Below are positions 53,238 through 62,685 of a stretch of DNA of 64,000 nt, piece after piece (position 1 is the stretch's first letter; every line of letters begins with the position of its first letter). The DNA comes from Thermoanaerobaculia bacterium (GTDB taxonomy: Bacteria > Acidobacteriota > Thermoanaerobaculia > Thermoanaerobaculales > Sulfomarinibacteraceae). The notes under the pieces are model-generated. The model did not search any database. It saw nothing but the letters and a program-made list of their open reading frames with translations, and was not told the origin of the DNA. The stretch covers positions 50,974-114,973 of the forward strand of contig JAMOWA010000040.1 of assembly GCA_027061805.1 (NCBI GenBank). Direction: 5' to 3'. The position numbers and the translations under genes were made by a program.

Positions 53238-54926
53238 ATGAAGGACACGACGGGACGCAGGTGGCTGGCGTTGACGGCTGCCGCGGTTCTGATTGCAGGT
53301 GGTGCGGTGGCCCGGCAGGGATCCGCGCAGGTTTCCGGCCAGAAGGGGACCGCGAAGGCCTCCCGGGCCGGCGAGACAACGACGACAACGGTGAAGGGCG
53401 GGAACCTTCGCTTCGAGACCTTCCAGGAATGGATGGACTACATGCTCACGCCACGTCCGTATCCGAAGGATGTGATCATCCGGATCGACGAGAAGCACGC
53501 CTACCCCCACGCCGCCGCGCAGCAGTGGAAGATGGAGATCGTCAGGGAGGAGGGGGACACCGTCTGGATGCGACCGCTTCCTCCCGAAGATCCCGAGTCC
53601 ATCCTTCACAGACCCTGGCTGGACCAGCAGGAGCTGGAGGCCCGTGAGCTGCAGTACCGGAAGAAGCTGCCCAAGGCGTGGTTCGTCAACTTCTCGAACG
53701 AGATCGTTCCTCCCGGAACGCAGGACGCGCTGGAGATGCGGTACGTTCCAGGCGAGTTGCCGAACCGGGGCAACTGGCAGATGAACGTGGTCCTGGCCGA
53801 CATGAACGAGGACGGCAAGGTGGACCTCGTGGCCGGCCTTCCGCGCAAGGGCGGGGTCCAGACCCCGAACATCTGGCTGGGGGACGGCAGGGGGGGGTTC
53901 ACCCACTGGAAGGACGTGCGCTGGCCCACCGGGGACGTCGCCTTCGACTACGGCTCGGTGGCCGTGGCCGATTTCGACGGCGACGGTCACCAGGACGTGG
54001 CCCTCGCGGTGCACTTCGGCCGGCAGTACGTGTTCCACGGTGACGGTGCGGGCGGCTTCCTGCGGTGGAAGAAGCTCCCGGCACCCGACGAGAGGATCAC
54101 CTCCAGGGCGGTGGCGGCCGGGGACCTCAACGGTGATGGCCGGCCGGACCTGGCGTTCATCGCGGAGCTCAACATCGACCGGACGACGCAGAAGCGGTAC
54201 GACGTTCCCACGGTCTGGGTCCTGGAGAACCTCGGGAAGGGCACGTGGAGAAAGCGGACCGAGCTCCTGCCCACCTATGTCTTCTCGGACCGGATCTCCA
54301 TTGCCGACGTGAACGGTGACGGCCGGCCGGACCTGGTCATCGCGGCCAACTTCCAGAACTGGCGTGATCTGGTGATCCTCAACCAGGGCGGCTGGAAATG
54401 GGGTGGTGTGAACATCGACCGCATCCTCTCGTCGGCGGTGCACTTCGACGTGGCGCCTGTGGCGGCCGATACGGGCGAGTCCGGCCGCACGACGGACCTC
54501 TTCGCCGCCTTCGAGGAGTGGGCGTCCACTCCGGGTGAGACACGGGGCAAGCCCGAGCTCGAGGCGAGGACCGGCGTGGCGCGGTACCGCTGGGACCCGT
54601 CGAAGAAGGGGTTCCGCTACAGGCAGGTCATCCTCGACGACGAGATGGTGAACCCCTTCTGGCGCGTGGCGGCCGGGGACCTCGACGGGGACGGCCGGAC
54701 CGACCTGGCAGTGGCGAGGAAGGGGGGTGAGCTGCTCCTCCTGGTCCAGGACGATACCGGCAAATGGGTGCAGGAGCTCTCCCCCGAGATCCCGGCCATG
54801 GGGCGCGCCATGGACCTCAGGCTCGTGGACCTCGACGGCGACGGTCTGGATGACCTGGTGGTGTCGGCGGCCGCCCGGAAGGGTCCGGGAGGCATCTACG
54901 TGTGGCTCACGGGCACGAAGGAGTAG
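53238..54926 (+). CDS. Secreted FG-GAP/VCBS-repeat (integrin-alpha-like beta-propeller) protein
   Basis: Signal peptide. Repeated DxNxDGxxDL calcium-binding loops: ADMNEDGKVDLV, ADFDGDGHQDVA, GDLNGDGRPDLA, ADVNGDGRPDLV, GDLDGDGRTDLA, VDLDGDGLDDLV. Confidence 0.85.
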   Translation: MKDTTGRRWLALTAAAVLIAGGAVARQGSAQVSGQKGTAKASRAGETTTTTVKGGNLRFETFQEWMDYMLTPRPYPKDVIIRIDEKHAYPHAAAQQWKMEIVREEGDTVWMRPLPPEDPESILHRPWLDQQELEARELQYRKKLPKAWFVNFSNEIVPPGTQDALEMRYVPGELPNRGNWQMNVVLADMNEDGKVDLVAGLPRKGGVQTPNIWLGDGRGGFTHWKDVRWPTGDVAFDYGSVAVADFDGDGHQDVALAVHFGRQYVFHGDGAGGFLRWKKLPAPDERITSRAVAAGDLNGDGRPDLAFIAELNIDRTTQKRYDVPTVWVLENLGKGTWRKRTELLPTYVFSDRISIADVNGDGRPDLVIAANFQNWRDLVILNQGGWKWGGVNIDRILSSAVHFDVAPVAADTGESGRTTDLFAAFEEWASTPGETRGKPELEARTGVARYRWDPSKKGFRYRQVILDDEMVNPFWRVAAGDLDGDGRTDLAVARKGGELLLLVQDDTGKWVQELSPEIPAMGRAMDLRLVDLDGDGLDDLVVSAAARKGPGGIYVWLTGTKE

Positions 54927-55057
54927 CCGCGTGGCGCACCCCGATCTGCGGAGCACCCCTGCCACCATTGACATCAGGGATGTCCGGCGGTACTCTCGCT
55001 TCGGACGGTCCGGAGGGATCGGGGCGTGATTGGCGTCATGTTTTTCTCCGGGCATGC

Positions 55058-55086
55058 TTGACAGCCGGAGAATCGGGTGCTAGTTT
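55058..55086 (+). promoter_or_regulatory. Sigma-70-type promoter TTGACA-N17-TAGTTT
   Basis: Read directly in the AT-richer spacer, about 135 nt upstream of ATG 55222. Confidence 0.4.
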
Positions 55087-55221
55087 TATGCTGTAGTGAC
55101 ATATTCGAGGTTTCCGACTCTGCTTCGGGAGGTGATGCATATCGGATGGGTGGAACACAAGGCAGGCAATCACAATCGTCACGGTTTCTTTTTTCGAAAA
55201 ACAGATAGGGAGGAGAACGGT

Positions 55222-56676
55222 ATGAAGAAGTTTCTGACCTACGCCCTGGCCGCGGTCCTTGCCCTCGGTGCGGGCAGCGTCGCCTACGCGAATGTCTGCG
55301 CGGTGGACCAGGTTCCGGCCGCCACACTGCTGTACCCCTTCGTGGTCCTCGACTACAACGGTGGTGGCAGCGGTACGACCACGCTGTTCTCGGTGACGAA
55401 CGTGTCGTCCGAGGCCCAGATCGTTCACTTCGTCCTCTGGACGGACTACAGCTACCACGTTCTGGACTGGAACGTCCTGCTTTCCGGTTACGACGTCCAG
55501 ACCATGAATATCCGCGACATCCTCATGAACGGCGTCCTGCCCTCCACGGGTACGGTCAGCGGTGTGGATGACACCACCTCCAACGATGGTGGTGCGGTTT
55601 CCGGCTTCGGCCCCCGCATCGACGTGGGCGCGCTGGACGGTTCCGACAGCACCACCACCCTGTACGATCGGTGCAACCCCGGCATGACCGCGTACCCCGA
55701 CTACGACGAGTTGATGCCCGACAGCTTCCTCGCGACCCTCAAGGGCTGGCTGCAGCGGTCCCAGGCGGCCTCCCGCGGTCACTACGACTGCGAGCTGGAC
55801 GAGTACTTCCACGATGCCAACATCTGGTGGGAGCAGCGGACCGACGCCGATCCGACCTGGATGTACATCACCGCCGACGTGGTGTGGACCTGCAACCGGT
55901 TGTTCCCGGATTCTCCCGACTACTGGATCCCGGGTCCCGCCAACAACCCGTCCTACGATGAGAACGGTGCGCAGGCCATGTACGACAATACCCTGATTGG
56001 CGACATCTTCTACGTCAACCAGGACCAGAACCTGTCCGAGGCGCTGCCCGCCGTCTCCCTGGAGACCGACCCGGAGCTTGACGGGTACATCACCTTCTAC
56101 AGCACCTACACGCTGGGCGCCGGTGGTGTGTACAGCGACCTGCGCGAGCCGCTGCCCAACGGGTACGGCGTGCGCTACCTCTTTGCCGACACCGAGGACG
56201 CGAGCGGCACCGCCGTGCGCGTCTTCAAGCGGTCCACCTCCCCGCAGCCCGGTGGCGACCCCATCGTGTGGGATCTCGAGGCCGTTGGCTTCCCGTATCC
56301 GTCCGCCATGTACGCGTCCAACTGCAGGGGTTACGTGCTGTACGCGTGGGACGAGGACGAGAACGTCATCACCAGCACGCCGGATCCGGACGATCCGTGG
56401 TCGCCGCCGCCCTGCATCGGTGACGGCTGCGAGACCCCGAATCCGCCCAACCAGCTGCCCCTCGAGACCCAGGAGGTCGTGATCGAGCAGCTGCCGCACG
56501 TGGACATGTTCGGCTGGATCTGGATCGTGTGGCCTGGCCCCACGGCAACCCAGACCGACGACGACTACTACCAGACCTACGTGAGCGTGAAGTACAACTA
56601 CGGCGGGTACTCCATGGCCCTGCCGGGCGCCGTGCTCAACAGCGACAACTGCTGGGTAGAGGTTCCCGTCCTGTAA
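55222..56676 (+). CDS. Cys-rich secreted orphan protein (484 aa)
   Basis: ATG 55222 follows GGGAGGAG. Signal peptide MKKFLTYALAAVLALGAGSVAYA. Ten Cys in the mature part. No family recognised. Confidence 0.7.
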   Translation: MKKFLTYALAAVLALGAGSVAYANVCAVDQVPAATLLYPFVVLDYNGGGSGTTTLFSVTNVSSEAQIVHFVLWTDYSYHVLDWNVLLSGYDVQTMNIRDILMNGVLPSTGTVSGVDDTTSNDGGAVSGFGPRIDVGALDGSDSTTTLYDRCNPGMTAYPDYDELMPDSFLATLKGWLQRSQAASRGHYDCELDEYFHDANIWWEQRTDADPTWMYITADVVWTCNRLFPDSPDYWIPGPANNPSYDENGAQAMYDNTLIGDIFYVNQDQNLSEALPAVSLETDPELDGYITFYSTYTLGAGGVYSDLREPLPNGYGVRYLFADTEDASGTAVRVFKRSTSPQPGGDPIVWDLEAVGFPYPSAMYASNCRGYVLYAWDEDENVITSTPDPDDPWSPPPCIGDGCETPNPPNQLPLETQEVVIEQLPHVDMFGWIWIVWPGPTATQTDDDYYQTYVSVKYNYGGYSMALPGAVLNSDNCWVEVPVL

Positions 56677-56700
56677 TTTCTCCCCCAGGGAGTCGATCGA

Positions 56701-56725
56701 GGGCGGCCTTCGGGCCGCCCTTTTT
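56701..56725 (+). terminator. Rho-independent terminator
   Basis: GGGCGGCC-ttcg-GGCCGCCC followed by TTTTT, 25 nt after the stop codon. Confidence 0.8.
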
Positions 56726-56847
56726 CCTGCGGCAGTCGTGCAGAGCCACACCGCGCGATGTCCCGGGGGCAAGGCGGGGGAACTCACCGGCCGGACCGGG
56801 ACCAGAGGGGTGGTTCCTCCGGTCGAGCCGGCCGGGAGGCCGGGTCC

Positions 56848-56863
56848 TGTGACCTGTCTCACC
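56848..56863. promoter_or_regulatory. CRP/FNR-like box TGTGA-N6-TCACC
   Basis: Reads tgtga cctgtc tcacc, one mismatch from the consensus, about 200 nt upstream of the giant gene. Confidence 0.3.
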
Positions 56864-56984
56864 TCTCCGGGAGGGAGGGGCCTTGGGTCCGGGCCCGGAA
56901 TCTGCTAGACTTCGGTCTGGATGGGGGAAAGGGGGTCGTGTAGCCGCCTTTCCCGGAGGTCGTATTCATGCCGTTCTTTTTCAG

Positions 56985-57022
56985 GAGTCATTGAGATGTG
57001 CCCCACATCGCCGAGTCATTGA
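56985..57022 (+). promoter_or_regulatory. Composite operator-like element: direct repeat GAGTCATTGA x2 flanking palindrome GATGTG-ccc-CACATC
   Basis: Repeat copies lie at 56985-56994 and 57013-57022 (28-bp period), with the palindrome at 56995-57009. The element sits immediately upstream of the candidate starts 57031/57055. Confidence 0.45.
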
Positions 57023-57054
57023 ACGGAACCATGAAAGGCAATTGGAGTCTGACC

Positions 57055-60000
57055 ATGACATCGATCCGTCCGAACGAGAAGTTCCGGGACGTGGCCAGGG
57101 CTGCTGCCATTGGCCTGATTCTGGTGGGAAGCCTGATACCGGCGGTCCGCTCCCGGGCTGCCGACGAGGCGGACTGCACGTCCACCTACTGCTTCACGGG
57201 CCTCCTGCTCGACGAGAGTGACCAGCGGGACGAGTACACCTGCTTCGACAGGGTCCGGTTTGCGGACCGCTTCACCTGGAACGACCACGCCTGGGCACTG
57301 GTGAACGCGGGCAACGATCTGCTCCTCTACGATCTCCAGAACCTGGGCCGTGGCCTCACCGACCGTGGAGGCTACGGTCTCGGCCAGAACTGTGCCATGA
57401 CCGAGCCGCCCAGGGGAACCATCACCGGGCCGGAGCCCGCCGGTGCCGGGCTCGAGGGCCCGGAAGGCCAGTCCCCGAAGGTGGTCAGTGCCTTCGATTT
57501 CCTGGACACCTACTCGGTGTGTGACGCCTACGGTTCCGGTGCGTGCCGGTTCGCCTTCTCCAACTACTCCCACGACGGCGCGGCCGGCTTCGCCATCGAC
57601 TTCGGGTCCCCCACGGGAGCCCGGCCCTACCTGGAGGACTACTGGAAGTATCCCGACATCTACTTCGGTGCCACGTGGGGGCTCAACGGCAACCAGTACG
57701 TGATCGTGAAGGGGTTTGCCGAGTCGGAGGGTTGCACGGACGGATGGGGGGTCTTCCGGGTCGTGGCGGGTTCGCCCCCGGTCTTCACCTACATGCAGTG
57801 CGCCCCTTCCAACCTGGCTCCGCGGTACTCCAAGCAGGCCCACGATCTGCTGTTCACCTTTGATCGGTCGAACGTCCAGGTGTGGGGCCTCGACCCCACC
57901 ACCGGGATGATCTCCGACGAGGCCGACGGGAGCGGCATCTCGGGCTACGGCGAGAGCGCCATGAACATCGATGCCCACGGCTACGACGGGACCTCGGGCT
58001 CTGTGGTGATGGTGGTGACCGACGTCAGGGGCTCGTCGGGTACGGCCCAGCTCTTCGAGGTCACGGGGCCGGGAACCTCGGCCGTGGTGACCCGGAAGTA
58101 CACGTTCCCCGATCCTCCCGGGTTCGACCCCCCCTCCGTCAAGGGCTGGTTCTCCAGTGCGGTGAACAGGGGGCCCACGGGGCACTACGTCTTCCTCGAG
58201 CAGAACCTCGGGATCTTCACGGGTCACAGGGTGCTCTACGACATCACCGACCTGACGAACCCCGTCGCGCTCGACGGTGGTGCCACCGGGTACTGGAGCG
58301 ATCCCAACTCCGATTTCAACCAGGCCGGCTTCGACAACGACGATGCGCTGGACTTCATGCCCATCTTCTCCTTCGACGGCACCCAGTTCCTCATGATGCG
58401 GAAGTACATGCTGGCCCGGTTCCAGTACGGCGGACCTCCCGTGCCCACGGCCGGCCTGGAGATGCAGCCGGCCGTCCGCTTCCCGGGTGACACGGTCACG
58501 CTGAAGGACAGGTCCACGTCGGCCGACGGCGTGGCCATGTGGATCACCGATGGCAGCGGAACCAAGGTCGAGGGCGACTACGAGCCACCCACCTACGACC
58601 TGAACCCTCCGACCGACGATGTGGTCTGGAACACCGCGCCGCTGCAGCCCATGGCCTTCGACGCCGGGTGCACCACGCTGTCTCCCGGGCCCTACACGGC
58701 CCACGTGGAGATCATCCCGTCGGGCGAGGAGGACCGGGTGGACCGGGTCATCTCCTTCCAGTGCAGGCCGGGAGCCGCCATCTCCGTGTACCCCTCCACC
58801 GCCATGACGGGCGAGGTGGTCACCCTCACGGGAACCGTGGACGGCGGGACCCCCATCCAGTGGGAGTGGAAGGTGACCGATCCGGCCAACACCACAACAC
58901 CCACCACCCATCCGGCGGGCAACGGGACCGGAACGGACTCGCTGGACGTGAGCATCACCCAGGCCGGCGAGTGGAAGTTCGAGCTGACCGCCGTCTACCA
59001 GCACACGGTGGACGGGTCGTCGTGGGAGGCCGTTGCGGTTCCGGTGGTGAAGACCTATTCGTCCGTGGCGCCGGTGCTTGACGTGGTTCCCGGAGCGCCC
59101 CGCCCCACCGACGTGGTCACCTTGAAGGGTGACCAGTCGCTGCTCGGTGCGAACCTCACGGTGAGCTACACCTACACCCTGAACTCGGCGGAGCAATGCT
59201 CGGGCACCTTCAATTCCAACACCGACACCGTGCCCGACTGCGAGATCGGCACCCTCTCGGAGGGCTCGTACACGGCGGTGCTCACGCTTGATCCCGACGA
59301 TGGCAGCACCCCGGTGTCCGACACCCGGCACGTCACCGTGACCGATACCGACTTCTCCATCTCGCCCACCGATCCGGAGATCGGCGAGATCGTCACCTTC
59401 TATCCCACCAAGACCCCGTGGTCGGGTGAGTGGGACTTCGGTGATCAGGGCTGCGTCGGCTACGGCCAGAAACTGCACTGCCCGCCGGGCCAGATCTGCG
59501 GCACGCTTCCTCCCCAGTACAAGTACGCCGACAGCGGGGTGAAGACCGTCACGTTCACCCCCACGGGTGGTTCGCCGGTGTCCCGGACGCTCACCGTGCA
59601 GCCCAAGGGGAGCTGCAGCGGCGGGGTCACGTGCACCTACTCCATCTCGCCCGCGTACTTCAACGTGCCGGCCTCGGGCGGGAGGTACACGCTGAGGATC
59701 ACGGCCAGCTCGCCAACCTGCGGGTGGAGCGCCACGAGCCTGAACCCCTCCTGGATCGGCATCTCGCCCACCAGAGGCTCGGGAACCAAGGCCCTCAACG
59801 TGACCGTGCTCGCCAACGGCGCCGCCAAGCGGCAGGGCTCGATCCGTGTCATCGCCGGGAAGAGCTACACCATCAACGTGAACCAGGCCGCGGGTGTGGT
59901 GTGTGATCCCATCGACGCCACCTACACCTGGACTCCTGACCGCGACACCTTCGGGGTGGGTGAGACGGTGCACTTCATTGACACTTCTTCGGGAGTGACC

Positions 60001-61611
60001 AGCCGCCGCTGGGAGGTCTTCCAGGACAGCTGGCTCCTGCCCGGTGCGATCACGACAAGGGACTTCTACTGGACACCCCCGGCGGTGGGCAACTACTCGA
60101 TCAAGCTCACCGTCCACAACGAGTGCCAGAGCTCGGATGTGAGGGAGAAATCCTTCACGGTGACCGAGGAGGCCCCCTCCAGCCTGATGTTCGTCTCGGG
60201 CGCGGCCCACGCGCCGGGCCTCGAGGGAACGCTCTGGCGGACCGACGTGAACCTCTTCAACCCCACGTCCGAACCCCTGCAGGTGGAGCTCCAGCTCCTG
60301 CCCTACGGCCAGGACAACAGCGACCCGCAGTACACCGCGAGCTACTTCATCAGTCCCCACAAGACGCGTCGCGTGGAGGACGTGGTGAAGGCGCTCTGGG
60401 GTGACGTGAGCAAGCTCGGCGCCTCCGTTGGAATCAAGCCCGTGGCGTCGACGAGCCCCTCGGTGGCCGCACGGACGTACAACGAGACGCCTTACGGGAC
60501 CTACGGCTCGTTCATCCCCATGTTTTCCCGGCCCGTGACTGCCGGTGTCGCCCCGGTCCTGGGCGGGCTCCGTGCGGACAGCGCCTACCGGACCAACGTG
60601 TTCGTCACCAATCACACGGACGAGGCCATCGGCGACGTGGCCATCGAGATTTACAATACCAGTGGATCACTTGTCGGTACCACGGACGCACGGCTCCTGC
60701 CTCCGTACAGCACGGTGCAGTTCGTGAAGGTGGGAGACGGTCTGGGTCTCGAGCTGTTTTCCATCAGGGTGACGGCTCCGGCGGACAGGGTCTCGGTGTC
60801 GGCCTCGGTGGTCGAGAACGTGAGCGGCGACTCGGTGCTGGTGGTGCCGAACGCCATCGGTGATTCCGTGCTGTACCTTCCTGGCCTGGCCCACGTGCCG
60901 GGCAAGCACGGTACCTTCTGGCGCACTGACCTCGCCTTCACCAACCCGGCGGGGTCCGGCACGAACGTCCAGTTCAACCTCCACCTCTGGCGGCAGAACA
61001 CCAGGACGTGGGAGACCGAGACCGAGGAGACCGGCATGATTCCGCTGGCACCCGGCGGGAGCTTCCGCCTCGAGGATGTCCTCGGACCGGGAGGGAACAT
61101 CTTCCCCGGGGCCTCCGAGGACGACGCGGTGCTCGGCTACGCCTGGGTGGAGGTCAAGGCCGGCAGTGCGGCGCCCCTGATCCAGGCCCAGACGTACACC
61201 ACCATTGACGGGGGTGGTGCCTACGGCCAGGGTGTGGCGGCCTGTGGCGAGGACCAGCTCCTGGAGCGGGGAGAGGCCGGCTTCGTGGCCGGGATCTCCA
61301 ACAGCACCGATGGCGAGACCGGCTTCCGGTCGAACCTCGGCTTCCTGTGCACGGGCGAGAGCAACTGTGTGGTGGGCCTGAGGGTCTACGGGAGCGACGG
61401 CACCGTCCTCGCCGAGCGGTCGGACGTGGTGGTGGCGCCCATGAAGTACCTCCAGGCATCCATCACGTCGATCCTGCCGGATCTCGCCGGCCAGGACGTG
61501 TTCGGCTCCCTGGAGGTCACCGTGCTGGATGGTGGCCCGCTCGTGGCCTTTGCCACCATCGTGGACAACGCCACCAACGATGGAATCTTCGTTCCGGTCC
61601 TGAAGAACTGA
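57055..61611 (+). CDS. Giant secreted/surface multidomain protein (1518 aa): N-terminal propeller-like region, Ig-like/PKD modules, BACON-like module, two C-terminal copies of an unassigned ~230-aa domain
   Basis: ATG 57055 lies 7 nt after GGAG (alternative ATG 57031), with signal anchor AAAIGLILVGSLIPAVRSRAA. PKD hallmark EWDFGDQG..YKYADSGVKTVTFT, and a second PKD YTWTPDRDTFGVGETVHFIDTS..GNYSIKLTV. Cys-bracketed CTYSISP..CGWSATS..WIGISPTRGSG module. Duplicated AHxPGxxGTxWRTD domains. Confidence 0.8.
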   Translation: MTSIRPNEKFRDVARAAAIGLILVGSLIPAVRSRAADEADCTSTYCFTGLLLDESDQRDEYTCFDRVRFADRFTWNDHAWALVNAGNDLLLYDLQNLGRGLTDRGGYGLGQNCAMTEPPRGTITGPEPAGAGLEGPEGQSPKVVSAFDFLDTYSVCDAYGSGACRFAFSNYSHDGAAGFAIDFGSPTGARPYLEDYWKYPDIYFGATWGLNGNQYVIVKGFAESEGCTDGWGVFRVVAGSPPVFTYMQCAPSNLAPRYSKQAHDLLFTFDRSNVQVWGLDPTTGMISDEADGSGISGYGESAMNIDAHGYDGTSGSVVMVVTDVRGSSGTAQLFEVTGPGTSAVVTRKYTFPDPPGFDPPSVKGWFSSAVNRGPTGHYVFLEQNLGIFTGHRVLYDITDLTNPVALDGGATGYWSDPNSDFNQAGFDNDDALDFMPIFSFDGTQFLMMRKYMLARFQYGGPPVPTAGLEMQPAVRFPGDTVTLKDRSTSADGVAMWITDGSGTKVEGDYEPPTYDLNPPTDDVVWNTAPLQPMAFDAGCTTLSPGPYTAHVEIIPSGEEDRVDRVISFQCRPGAAISVYPSTAMTGEVVTLTGTVDGGTPIQWEWKVTDPANTTTPTTHPAGNGTGTDSLDVSITQAGEWKFELTAVYQHTVDGSSWEAVAVPVVKTYSSVAPVLDVVPGAPRPTDVVTLKGDQSLLGANLTVSYTYTLNSAEQCSGTFNSNTDTVPDCEIGTLSEGSYTAVLTLDPDDGSTPVSDTRHVTVTDTDFSISPTDPEIGEIVTFYPTKTPWSGEWDFGDQGCVGYGQKLHCPPGQICGTLPPQYKYADSGVKTVTFTPTGGSPVSRTLTVQPKGSCSGGVTCTYSISPAYFNVPASGGRYTLRITASSPTCGWSATSLNPSWIGISPTRGSGTKALNVTVLANGAAKRQGSIRVIAGKSYTINVNQAAGVVCDPIDATYTWTPDRDTFGVGETVHFIDTSSGVTSRRWEVFQDSWLLPGAITTRDFYWTPPAVGNYSIKLTVHNECQSSDVREKSFTVTEEAPSSLMFVSGAAHAPGLEGTLWRTDVNLFNPTSEPLQVELQLLPYGQDNSDPQYTASYFISPHKTRRVEDVVKALWGDVSKLGASVGIKPVASTSPSVAARTYNETPYGTYGSFIPMFSRPVTAGVAPVLGGLRADSAYRTNVFVTNHTDEAIGDVAIEIYNTSGSLVGTTDARLLPPYSTVQFVKVGDGLGLELFSIRVTAPADRVSVSASVVENVSGDSVLVVPNAIGDSVLYLPGLAHVPGKHGTFWRTDLAFTNPAGSGTNVQFNLHLWRQNTRTWETETEETGMIPLAPGGSFRLEDVLGPGGNIFPGASEDDAVLGYAWVEVKAGSAAPLIQAQTYTTIDGGGAYGQGVAACGEDQLLERGEAGFVAGISNSTDGETGFRSNLGFLCTGESNCVVGLRVYGSDGTVLAERSDVVVAPMKYLQASITSILPDLAGQDVFGSLEVTVLDGGPLVAFATIVDNATNDGIFVPVLKN

Positions 61612-61638
61612 GCCCGGACCGCGATACCATTCACAGAC

Positions 61639-61670
61639 GGGGTGGCCAAGGGGCCACCCCGTTGTTTGTT
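61639..61670 (+). terminator. Rho-independent terminator
   Basis: GGGGTGGCC-aagg-GGCCACCCC followed by GTTGTTTGTT. Confidence 0.75.
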
Positions 61671-61797
61671 GGTTCTGCAGGTGGGACACGGACAGAATGA
61701 TCGGGGAAGTGGTGGATCCCGAGTGCACCCGCCGTGGACGAGCATGGGCGCCCGAAAGCCCTCCGTGGTCCGGTCAGGGTTGGAATCCGTTTCCCTC

Positions 61798-62643
61798 TTA
61801 CCGGCCGGGGAGGTCGCCCTCCTCCATGGCCTCCAGATCCTTCGGGTGCATGAAGAGGGGCTCGGAGGGCATGCCCAGCGACTCCCAGCGGACCTTGACC
61901 GTGCGCACGTGGCCGCTCTCGGCGCCGTTCTGGTCGATTCCCACCACGAGAAGGTCGGACGCGAGGCGTGCCGGTCCCACCTTCTCCCACCGGAGGAACC
62001 GGTACCGCACTCCCTCGGCACCCACCTTGAGGTACTCCTCGGGAGCGAAGAGCTGGGCCACCAGGAGACGCCCGTCGGACCGCCGGACCAGCAGCTCCCA
62101 GGGGGTGTTGAAGATGGGCGTGGTGAAGTAGTTCGGCGGGAACTCCACCGTGAGCTTCCACACGGGGTCCCCCTCCCATGTGGCCCGTGTGACTGACGTG
62201 ACCCGGACCCCCTCGATCCCGAGGGAGAAGGGAAGCAGGAGCGGGAAGAGGCGGTCGTGGAGTGTCATCCGTGCCATGAGCGGTGTCTGCCGCCTGGTGT
62301 CCAGCTGCCCGTCGATCATCGCCCAGGCCTTGATCCCGTTGTCCACCAGAAGGATCCGCGGTGTGTACTGGAGCCGGAGCTGTTCGAGGTCCGCACCGTT
62401 GACCCATGCCGTCATGTCGGTGACGTGCTGCTCGCCCTTGGCGGTGGTCTCCTCGTTGTGGATTCGCGCCTTCAGGATTCCCAGGCCGGTGAGGGCGTCG
62501 GCGCCCCCTGCGGCCTTCATGGCCAGGTCCACGACCTTCGCCGTGCGGCCGGATCGTTCCGGTCCGGTGGCGTGGGCCGTGGGAGCTGCGGCCACCATCG
62601 TGGCAGCGAGCAGGATCGTCGCGGGTGTCTGGATTGCGGACAT
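61798..62643 (-). CDS. Hypothetical periplasmic protein (281 aa)
   Basis: Start reset to ATG 62643 after AGGAGG. Signal peptide MSAIQTPATILLAATMVAAAPTAHA. No family recognised. Confidence 0.6.
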   Translation of the reverse strand: MSAIQTPATILLAATMVAAAPTAHATGPERSGRTAKVVDLAMKAAGGADALTGLGILKARIHNEETTAKGEQHVTDMTAWVNGADLEQLRLQYTPRILLVDNGIKAWAMIDGQLDTRRQTPLMARMTLHDRLFPLLLPFSLGIEGVRVTSVTRATWEGDPVWKLTVEFPPNYFTTPIFNTPWELLVRRSDGRLLVAQLFAPEEYLKVGAEGVRYRFLRWEKVGPARLASDLLVVGIDQNGAESGHVRTVKVRWESLGMPSEPLFMHPKDLEAMEEGDLPGR

Positions 62644-62685
62644 GCATGCCTCCTGGGGTCCAACCCCGATTCTTGCGGTGAATAT

